From: Balanoglossus misakiensis | Taxonomy: Eukaryota > Animalia > Hemichordata | Direction of reading: 5' to 3' | Assembly: GCA_040954595.2 (NCBI GenBank) | Contig: CM082579.2 | Coordinates: 12,029,834 to 12,093,833 of the forward strand | DNA: 64,000 nucleotides | Shown: positions 49,101 to 61,100 of the stretch, in pieces | Numbering within the stretch: position 1 is the stretch's first letter | Layout of the letters: each line of letters begins with the position of its first letter | Translations under genes and position numbers: made by a program | Notes under the pieces: generated by a model | Seen by the model: only the letters and a program-made list of their open reading frames with translations | The model's database searches: none | Told to the model about the DNA's origin: nothing

Positions 49101-52100
49101 CATGAAAATACCAGGATGTAAGGCCATCTTCATTAAATTGGGTGATTAACTGAAAAATTATATTATTAGACAAGACATGCTCTATGGTAGGTGAAGGACA
49201 GTTCTTTGGTTGTGATATCATTGTCTATGATGCATCTTATTACTAGTCTCTTGTAGTTGGTAATAAGCAGGTGCACAAACCATCACTACGAAATCCTAGT
49301 GATTTAACCGGAAATAGAGAGTGAAGTAATTGTTCCTTGGACAGGCATGACTAAACCAGATTTTGTTCCAACTTGACATCAGAAAAATGCACTTAGAATC
49401 ATTTGTACTTTTACAGAGGAACAGAGGCTGTGGTATTATATATTGTAGAACAAGACAGTCGTGTGAGACCCTTGCCGATTGGTTGAGTCGTAAAGGCATC
49501 AGTGCCAAGGCTTATCATGCGGGTCTCAAGTCCGAAAGAACAGACATCCAAAACGAGTGGATGGATGGCAAAGTCTCTGTCATTGTTGCTACTATTAGCT
49601 TTGGTATGGGAGTGGATAAAGCCAATGTCAGGTAGGTGTCTCTTACTTGGAATATTTGTGAGTGAGAAAGATACACCTGAATGCTGTTCTTGATACTGTG
49701 GTAATTGTGACAGAAACTGATTTGAAGCCTTTTTTTCTGTCTTGTCACAGAATTACATGTTTGTATAGCTATTTACCATCTTTTATTGTGTCAGACCTGT
49801 AATTCACTTACTTTTATGTGTACCGGTAGCTCTTGAAATGTTATCACGGTTTCCAAAGGAAAATGGATTACAGGCCCTGATCCAGATAATGTTCATATGA
49901 AAAAAAAATAATAATAAACAGACTCACAGTATCAAATTCACCTTGAGTAGTTAATTTGAATAGTTTCCTACTAAAAAATTGTTTCATAAGGAACTGAAAA
50001 TTTCCATATTTTCTTGGCATCTTATTGTTTTATGTTGCTGAATGACAGTGAGGCTTGTAATCTGTGATTCTATGTGGTAAGATCGAATTTCCGTAAAGAT
50101 TGAAGGGTAATTTTTCTGAAATTGACTGGGTATGTTCATAGTTGAGGACCCCTGTTGATGTAGAAAACAAAACTGTAAGTTCCCAATTTTTGTACTTCAG
50201 AATGGTGTCCAAAGATTTTGTTTCTTGCTCTTGATCGAAAGAAAAGTATGGAAGGCTTTTTGGTCTGAATATCTCCATTGTAACATTTGCCCCTGCAAAT
50301 TCCCTGTGTCATCATACTTATCGTTAAAGGGACAAAGTCTCTCTCTCGCTGTCCCTTTTCCATTAATTATGTTTAATGCAAGACATGTGTATACTCCGAA
50401 TATAGTGAATACATGTTTGACCACACACAAATTCCATGCCGTTTGTAGAATATGAGAGTAAAAATCTTGCCAATACGAATAAATGGTAAGATTGATTATT
50501 CATTTTGGCGATTTTTCACTGTCGTGTTTACCAGCAGGATGGAAGTTGTGTGTAGTCGAACTTTGATTCACTATATATCCACATGCAGAATAACATAAAA
50601 TGGTGTCTTGTATCGAACATAATTAATGGAAAAATGGCAGCGAGAGAGAGACTTTTCCCTTTAATGAGTGCTTTTATTGGAACCTAGTATAGACTAGCAC
50701 TTGACATGCATTTGATATTCTGCAGATTTGTAGTGCATTGGGATGTTCCAAAGTCTATGGCTGGGTACTATCAAGAATCAGGCAGGGCTGGCAGAGATGG
50801 TCAAGTATCACACTGCAGAATCTATTATTCAAGAGATGACAGAGATACAGTGGCATTCCTCATTCAAAAAGAAATGTCCGAATCTAAGGCAAGTCAGTTT
50901 ACCATTTGAATTTGTATTTTTCAGAATTTTGGCAGAACTAAGGAGTAGCCTACTGTAATATACTACTGAAGGATAACAGATTGTTTTTACACTATGTATT
51001 TGTATAGCCCAAACAATGACTGTGTATAGCCCAATTTTGTTTTAAAATTACAATCAAGGATACTGTAAAACGGGTTATTTTCGCGATATCAAAGCAGGCG
51101 ACTGTTAACGCAAGGATAAATTTTTGCGTTCTCTTATTTTTACTGGATGGCTATCTCCGAAAAAACATTTAAGCGACTTTTTATTTTCATGTTTTTTTGG
51201 CTCTCGCATATTTCGCGAACATTTCTGGCTCGCGATAATAACCCGTTTTACAGTAGTCTGTGTTTGTATCATCAAAATCCTTCAACAAATTCAATGGTCA
51301 CGCAACTATATCTTTCATAATTGTGTTCAAATGTGTAGTAGCTAAAGAACACAAACACCTGAAAAAAGTGATTAGAATAAAAGTGTGCCTGACAAAAGTT
51401 CAGTGGGTTGTTTCAACTTCAATTCAAAGACTACATTCTTCACTGTTGCACTTATGGATGAACTAAGCTTCCTAGTAATGGGGAACCATCCTATCTTCAT
51501 GAGCTGCTGACATTTAAATTGAGATAAATGATATTTTATTAAAGCTACCCACTTTTGCAAGGCACACTTTTATTATTACCACTAATGGCTGTATTACATG
51601 CATGCATAAATGTACGTATGTCCGTTAGTATTCATACCAAGTCAAACTCCATAAAATCATAGAATCCAATGTGATACTTAACTATTAAAGAGTATGCGAA
51701 GCAATTGTGCATACACAATGGCTAGTTAGTACCAGGTTCACATGGTAAAATTTTATTGGAGTCACACACACACCATTAAGACGGTTCTGAAGCGTCTCAG
51801 ATCAGATACCGTCTTAAAAAGACACATGTGGATGGTGTAGGTGGTCCTGAAGCATCTCAGATTTGAGACGGCTTTGTCTGCCAGACCTGAGCCGGTGTAA
51901 GGATTTAACACCTCTCAGCAACCCATTGTCTATTGGGCCGAGCCTCAGCACCTATACATAAACTTTAGGAATGTCCGTTATATCTTGTTATATTTAAGTG
52001 TAAATCTTTAGTGTCTCACCTTTTGCAAAGTATTGAACAATCTAATTATCATTTAGGCTTTGCCATATTTAATAGACCCTTACTATTTGTGCAATTTCAG

Positions 52101-55100
52101 AAGAAAGGTGATTTTTCAATACAAAACAAGGCGTCCATGTCCAGCTTTGAGAAAATTGTCAAGTACTGTGAAGAAGCCTGGTAAGGCAAGGTTATGTCTT
52201 CACTTGGTGATTAGTTTGTATTGTTTACATGGGTTATTTGTCCTGTAGTCACAGGATACAGTACTCCATTTTAAATATTGAAATGACACCAATTTCCTGA
52301 TGAGGTCATATTTTGTTGAATTCAGCTGCAGGCATGCCGTGATTTCAAAGTTCTTTGGTGATGACATCCCAGTGTGCAAGACATCATGTGATTTTTGTTG
52401 TGATCGCAAAACACTGCAAACACTGCTTGATCATTTTGATAGAAGAGCTTATGCAAGCAGTTATGAAGGGAAGGGAAGAAACAGCTATACCTATACTGAA
52501 TCGAGAACCGCAGGGCCGAGTAAGGATCTTTATGAAGGTGGACGACATTCAATGTTACGGTAAGATTTCTGTATATTCCTAGTTTAACTTTTATGAGATT
52601 AATAGAATCTCACACTCCCAAGGACCTGGGATCGTATTTCTCACACGAGTTGAATATCCCCGACGAGTGTGAGTAATATGATCCCAGGTCTTTGGTGTGT
52701 GAGATTATATTTCTCACACCTTCACAAATTAGCCAAATTCGTTAAAAATCATTGAATAAATGACTCTGGAACTGTCGTCTGGCAATAATACACATAATAC
52801 GCATCGCACCGTTGGATAGCATTTACCGCGCATTGACAAAAGAACGCTTTGTCAACCAATCAGCGCTCGCGTCATATACAGCTTTCGATTCAATGAGAGT
52901 GTGGGATCGATTTGTTCTCACACTCTCTATCCCACACTCCCAGTGGCCAGGAGTGTGAGAATTATATTTCTTTTTAAAGCTGCCATTCTTCAACCCGTGG
53001 TTGTCACACTGTAGTGTACTCCACCCATTCAGTCACAAATCGCCCAATACAGTGGTATTTATGTTTGGATGTGAAATTGGCTATCAACTTGGCTTTACAG
53101 GAGCCTGACTTGCACCTGTTTTTGTCCAAATTTCAGCTTCAACTTCACAAAATGTAGTCCATGTGTATCAGTCAGCTGTGCATGTACCGGTTACATGCTA
53201 AGGCTCCTTGCATGAGCTACATGTAATGCAGCAATACATTAATTTAGATTATATTATATCATGCTACCATCCGCAATTCTGATTGGACGAGAGCTCAATC
53301 CAGTGATGCTAAAATTAAGCAATAAAACCCCCCCAGCCATGGTATACCACAACATTATGGAGTTGAACTGGTCAAAATCGAGTGGTATACCATGGCTGGG
53401 GGTGTTTTATTGCTATTATATTATGCCATTATATTGAAACTTTGCATAAAACATTTTAAAAAGGCATTTTCTTTGACTATGATATATGACTGTGGTATAT
53501 GACGAATATATCACGGTCACGTCTCGTGTCTCGACCAATAAAATAGCGTGATTTACACCATCAATATACTGGTATAATATAATTAAGCAATAATTGATGT
53601 GGTAGTTACTGTAGCAAAGTTGCGCAGCTATTTTTATGCAAATTGAGGTCATCTTGAGTCAGTTCATCGGGCATTTGGTTCAGGGGTCATGAAATTGTAT
53701 TAACACTGTGAGAAAATTATTGATATCAAGTCCATGTAATATGTATAATGCAATGATGTAATACATGTATACATACAGCAGACTTCTGCTTTGATGGCTG
53801 AGAAAGAGAATTTGATTGAGTCTGTCTAACAATTACTATCAGAGATAAAGACTATGAGGTTGAGAGCTGGGGACGAGTAGAAGATGGTGAATTTGATGCA
53901 GAAAGATTTTGGACTAAAGAAGATGAGGAGGAAAGAGCAGAGAGGACTAACTTGATCAGACAACAGTTCAAACTCAGAAGAGGGGTGAGTTCATTTGGAA
54001 TGATGTAATAGAAGTGTACCTCAAGGAATGATATATACACCTGCTCTCTATCAGTAATGTGCGAGATATATTGTAAATGGAAAATTTTCGTGACAGGACA
54101 TCAAAAGAGGCAACTGTTATAGAAATAACGCACGACGCCCTGACCATTAACGTTTGTTTATGGGCAAGGGCGAGGGGAAAGCCAAAAAATTCATGGGCGA
54201 GGCTTCTGAGCCCATGCCATGAATTTTGGCTTTCCTCAGCAACAAGAAAGAAAGCTTGGTAAGCTGTTCGAAGGAAGTTGGCATGTTATAGAAATAATGG
54301 ACGACGCCCTGACCAAAAATTCATGGGCGAGGCTTCCGAGCCCATGAATTTTGGCTTTCCCCGAGCCCGCGCCCGTAAACAAACATTAATGGTCAGGGCA
54401 GAGTCGGTTATTTCCATTATATTACCAACGAACTCAAGAAAACCGTCAAAATTTGCGAAAATGCCCCATGCAAAAGACTTTAGGGCCCCGGAACTTGTGT
54501 TACGCAAAATGTTGTATTCACTGAACTGTATGCTAATATTACTATTCAGATTTACGGGCATGTAAACAAACCATTACTGAGTTTTTGTGGTCAATGATGT
54601 CGTTCATCTCGACCAATTAAAATGCGGCGCACAGGCCATGTTAATATAATACACAATGATTAATTTACGTGTTCTTATTTTTCACTGCATAATTATCTCG
54701 GAAAAACATTTTTACTCGATTTATAATATTACTTGGATTTGCTTCAGTTCATCATCTCTTGGTGACACATACCACGATAGATGTATACTCTTTATATGGA
54801 GGCCGATTAAAAGGGTGCAGCACCCATTTAATACATCACTTGCAGCCAAAATCGGATGTTGATAAAATGTTCATGTATACATTTCAGTAAGCTTATTTAG
54901 ATGGACTATTCTAAATTGGAAAGTAAAATCATGAAAATAATGCAAAAAAGTGGCAGCTCTTGGGACTTTAAGTACCAGTAGGTAGTGGTGACACTTATAA
55001 TATATTCATGATGTCTGAATTGCAAGTTCATGAAATTGTTGTCGTCTGTTACTTGATCTAATTTGTTACAGGACGTTACATCATCAGCTAAGAAAGAGTT

Positions 55101-58100
55101 TATCCCACCTGATAAAGACTGCCCTCTCAGAGATGCTGCTAATTCCAAAATTACAGGACTAACAGTAAAGGTACGTGTACATGCAGAAATGACCAATCAA
55201 CAATTTACTTTATTATATTGTACACTACTAATTTAAATCTCCATTTAGCTGTAACTTTTCGCTATAATTTTTAGTAATTTTTTGTTTTGTGTATCCACTA
55301 CAGTTTCTTGTTCAAATTCTGGAAACATGGTGGAATGCCCAGCATTTAGTGAAGCGGCACAACATATACAAATGTATGTGTATAGTCAGCATTGTTATTG
55401 TCAAGTGTAGACTGGAATTCATTTGTCAGCAATAACAATGACCAAAAACACACATACAGGCTATGTTGACAAGCTGGGTACTAGCTATATTAGCATGCTG
55501 TTTGGAGAAGAGGAAAAAATTGCATTTGTTACACAGAACAAAAATGCTGAAAATAAAACCAAAAATTACAGCCTATGGCCCTTCAAACACAGTGATAAAA
55601 TCAAGTTCAGAAATTTCAAGACCACTGGCCTCAAACATGGCAGTGGTTGAAATATGGCACGTAGGGCAATACAGTTTCCTCACATGACGGATAAATATAG
55701 TGACCTGATATGAGGTTCATCGAATTTCAAAGTCGACTCTCTGAAGGCATGCAGTAGTGCTACAGTGTCTTAGGAATGCATTCATGTTTAGCTAGTATCT
55801 TGTAAATTATATTCATATCTGATGCCAAAGGTACTCTAGGTTTGTGTTGGAAATGAAACTGTTCTATGTTTTAGACGTGAATCTACCTATTCTGATCAAA
55901 TGGGAGCATAGTGTCCTTGATGCCATTTCTTGTAATACTTTCTAACTTTTTCAGACTCGTGAGCATTGTTTGAAGATGATTGAAGATGCCTTAAGAAATA
56001 ACTACACTTCGTACTTTGCTGAGAATGAAGCTAAAATGGTGATAAGGTAGGCAATAATAGAATCTCACACTCCCAAATATTAGTGACACTAGTTGGGGAA
56101 TACTTAATCTCCCAGTATTTTGTCAGCGAGGGACAAGTGATTCCACTCATAGTGCTAGTATCCCTCTGAGCCGAGGCAAGGAGGGATACAGCTATAGGGG
56201 AATCAAGATGCTAGGTAAACCTAGAGTAGGGAAATTCATTCAGCAATATGAAATCTCTTGTTGCAGTGATATTGAACCGAGGGACTGTGCTTTGAATATG
56301 GAATTTGAAATTTTCAAGATGAGCAAACAGAGTAATGTCTACAGAGCTAAAATCATGTCTAAGGTATGTACACAACATTCTTTGGTTAGTCACGCCAGCT
56401 GTGGAATTGTCTATGCAAGTCAAACAATCCTGGCCTGTACACTAACATCCTGTATACATGTATACAAAGTTTGGGAACATATAAAGGATATACGCACACT
56501 ACAAGCATGTGAAATTTATCTCTTCCTGGCCACTGGATTACATTGAGTATAAATGCTGGAAAATCCACTTCAGCCATCGTCATTCTCAGTTTTACACATA
56601 GCTCAGGCAAATGAAATTAAATTCTGTGGTGGAATAAAATAGTATGGTCACAATGTGCAGTTTTGTGATAAACTTTGTTGAATCATGTTCACCCATAGAA
56701 AAACCATTGGTGAATAAATGCTGACTCAGCAGTTTTCTTCTCATTATCGACTGGATTCATGGCCTTGATTTTCAAAAACGAGCACAGTGACCCTAGATTT
56801 TATTACCGATTTTTGTTATATAATCCAATAATTCACAATTAAAAGAGATGATGCTTTCAATTTGACTGATTCACCTTGGACAACATATGCTTGTTCTAAA
56901 ATAACTTCAGCACCAGCCCTTCACATGTTCATTTGGCTTATTTCTTCCATAGGTTAGTGAAATCAAAAAAGTCACAAAATGCCAAGACTTACACAATGCA
57001 TTTACAAAACTGTCGTCTTCTGAAGTCAAGACGGAAGGTGCTGCAGAAGGTGACACAGTGCTTGCATCACACATTTCACTGGTAAGAGGTGTTTGTGTAA
57101 TTTCATCTTTCTACTCTGAGAGCCGGCAGTGGCCTGACAGGCTGTTCCACTTCCAATAGCTTTTCAAAAATATGATAGGTGTTTGTCACGAAAATAGGAC
57201 GTTTTAACCCTACAGACTTGGATCGGTACTCTTGGTGAATACGACAGTTCCAATAGAAACAGCTTTTCAAAATTTTTTATAGGCGTTTGTCATGGGAATA
57301 GGACATTGACACTACAGACTTTGATCTGTACACTTGGATCTACCACTTGATGAATACAACAAATTATTTCAGTAGCAAAAGCTTTTTAAAGACATGATTG
57401 GCATTTGTCATGGGAATCTTGCATGTACGTAACTATAAACCAACCTTGTTTTTGTTATCTTATCAATACATTCAGTTCAAAGGACCAAGACTGAGTCGCA
57501 TCAACCCACCGTCCACAAGTTCTTGTTCGGGTTTTCAGACTGCATCATCATTATTGTTACAACAACAAAGTGATGGAGTGTGTAGCACGACGAGTCAAGC
57601 AAAGTCCAGTTTATTAAGCCAGTCATCATCATCATCCGCGGAAGATAGTGGTCATCTGCCGAGCTTCCAAACCGCTTCTTCCCTTCTCCAACACAAATCG
57701 AAAATTCCAGTCATTTGCCTGGAGGAATCACCACCTCTATCAGCATCTAGTGAAAATGACATCTCAGCTAAAAGGACAGTAACCTTCCAGAACAAAACAG
57801 AAATATTCAAGTTCCGCTACTATAAGAAGTCTGATGGTAATATATTGAAAGAGAGCCATCAATATTGTCATGACGACGCCGCTGCTGAAATGTGTGCAAC
57901 AGCTGAGGCTGCAGCAACCGTAGCAGATAACGATGAAATTTTCATAGTTGATGACAGTGATAGCAATGATGGAGAACATGATTTGAAATTGGATGGACTT
58001 ACATCAGCGTCTGCATTCTCTGTCAAGAATGACACAAGTGAAGAAATGGCGACAACTGGAAGGTAAAATTCAGCCTTGTTTAGAAGTTGTGATGACATGA

Positions 58101-61100
58101 TAATAATCTTAGCATTTGATCTCTGATGCCATAAAATTGGCTGACAACATCATGACAGAACAAGAATTGGAGGATATTTTCAAAAAGATACATGTGAGTT
58201 AGGCATGAGCACATGTTGTTTGTGATTTATTGACAATAAATTCACCTTTTCCAGTGAATTGTTCTGCATAAGCTGTAGAAAATACTAGTTGTACAGCTAC
58301 ATGTATGTGCCAGATGTGACGTACTGGCCCCATGTTCCGAGATCCAGCCAATCCAGAAGTAAGGGGTTGTGCAGCAGACTTAATAAAAAATGTGCATTGT
58401 TTTTCCTTTCAGACCAAATCCAAGTCATGAGAGTGGTTGCTGCAGAGATAGTACAGATGGACTAGAAGTCAGTGGTAATAAGAGATCCCTGTCAAATGAC
58501 ACACAGGTATTTCTGGTCTTTTGCCTTGTAAGGAAAGCTTTGCAAATCAGTCAGACAGTTTTTACATTTTGGTGTCTTACCAGTGGGACTTTCATAATAC
58601 ATCAGTTTGGAGTTGTTAGGAGATGCCAGAACTTGTCGCAGCCAAATTTCCAGATTATGCAAGCTGAAGTTTCAGTCATTGAAGGTGATCAGATCACTAT
58701 GTGTGAAGATATTTAGCAAAATGAACATGAAAGAGCTATCCAATTCATAGATATCAAGAAATTTTGCTTCCTCCAAAGTCAAAAAGGTTGAGTTGGTATA
58801 GCTCGCTCAGAAGGTGTTAACTGCTTCCATGGCAATCTAGGATTTTCCCAGAATGCTTTATGATCCATATCTGAGCATGCAGTTTGAAAGTTTATGTACA
58901 GTGATTGGCATTTGTCATGGGAATCTTGCATGGACGTAACTATAAACCAACCTTGTTTTTGTTTTCTTATCAATACATTCAGTTCAAAGGACCAAGACTG
59001 AGTCGCATCAACCCACCGTCCACAAGTTCTTGTTCGGGTTTTCAGACTGCATCATCATTATTGTTACAACAACAAAGTGATGGAGTGTGTAGCACGACGA
59101 GTCAAGCAAAGTCCAGTTTATTAAGCCAGTCATCATCATCATCCGCGGAAGATAGTGGTCATCTGCCGAGCTTCCAAACCGCTTCTTCCCTTCTCCAACA
59201 CAAATCGAAAATTCCAGTCATTTGCCTGGAGGAATCACCACCTCTATCAGCATCTAGTGAAAATGACATCTCAGCTAAAAGGACAGTAACCTTCCAGAAC
59301 AAAACAGAAATATTCAAGTTCCGCTACTATAAGAAGTCTGATGGTAATATATTGAAAGAGAGCCATCAATATTGTCATGACGACGCCGCTGCTACAATGT
59401 GTGCAACAGCTGAGGCTGCAGCAACCATAGCAGATAACGATGAAATTTTCATAGTTGATGACAGTGATAGCAATGATGGAGAACATGATTTGAAATCAGA
59501 TGGACTTACATCAGCGTCTGCATTCTCTGTCAAGAATGACACAAGTGAAGAAATGGCGACAACTGGAAGGTAAAATTCAGCCTTGTTTTAGCCCGGAGAC
59601 CAGGGCGTCGATCTAGAATACAACGCCCGGTGACAGTCTAGCAATGTCCTGCTGAACTGAAAGATAGTAGTCCTGGCAACGATCAGGGTCGCTTAGTAAC
59701 AAATGGATAACGAGTGATCTATCAAATGTTGACGGGCGCCAGTGGTTTGATGATATTATTAACAAAGCTTGGTTATGAATATTCATACACCTTCAAAACC
59801 ACTCCCACATCCCGTTGCGGGAATTTCACACATGACTCCACCTCTATTTCCTTATTTAGAATGCGATGATGTCATTTGGTTTACATTGAGTGACCAATTA
59901 GCTTACATGCAAGATTTACCACCCGTGTCGTTCTACGCACAGAATTCTGTGCGTAAATAGAGACTGTCACCGGGCGTTTCTTTTCGACGCCCTGGTCTCC
60001 GGGCTAGCTTTGTTTAGAAGTTGTGATGACATGATAATCTTTGCATTTATTTTCTGTCTGTGAAACTGTTGAGTTTGTGTAGGGTCAGAATTATGAATTC
60101 ACAATGAAATATCTTCAATCAACACTGATTTTTTATCTTGAACATAACTGTCCAAAAATGCCGTTTCCTCATAACATCATTCAGTGTTATCCCCAAAATT
60201 GAGGTGTGTGCCTGATTCTTGTCTTTTAATTGGATGACAGTACCTCTCTTGAATGCATGAAAACCCTTGAGAATGAGATGTAGCATGACTTGTCTATGGA
60301 ACTTGTCATACATGTATTGCAAATATGCCCCCAAACCATCTCACACAATGTCTCAGGTCAAATCTGATCTAAACCATCATGAATACTACCTTTTACTTGG
60401 CTACGAAATGACATACTGTCACACTAACTTTTGCATGTGCCACAATTGATAAAATGAGTTCATCACTGTTTGAAGTCTTTATTTGGTGAAAATGGGCAAG
60501 AGCGGGTGATAATTTACTACATCATTTTTGGTGCGAGAAATACACATGTTGAACAAGCCTTATTTTATGCAGTACTGTTGACCTTTGTGCTTGGAGGGGT
60601 CAACAAAGCTTGGAAATCAGTTGAAAGTTACCGGTACATGTACTTCAATAGATGCCATAACGTTTGCTGAAAACATCATGACAGAACAAGAATTGTAGGT
60701 TATTTTCAAAAAGATACATGTGAGTTAGCCATGAGTATATGTTGTTTGTGATTTATTGACAATAAATTCGCCTTTTCCAGTGAATTGTTCTGCATAAGCT
60801 GTAGAAAATACTAGTTGTACAGCTACATGTATGTGCCAGATGTGACGTACTGGCCCCATGTTCCGAGATCCAGCCAATCCAGAAGTAAGGGGTTGTGCAG
60901 CAGACTTAATAAAAAATGTGCATTGTTTTTCCTTTCAGACCAAATCCAAGTCATGAGAGTGGTTGCTGCAGAGATAGTACAGATGGACTAGAAGTCAGTG
61001 GTAATAAGAGATCCCTGTCAAATGACACACAGGTATTTCTGGTCTTTTGCCTTGTAAGGGACCGTTCAGTTTTTACGGCTGGGGGGGGGGGGGGGGGGCG

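Noticed and set aside
57398-59573. Two separate 222-aa genes, as suggested by the ORF track
   Set aside because: Their starts are intronic; both are internal RECQL5 exons with acceptors at 57476 and 58983.
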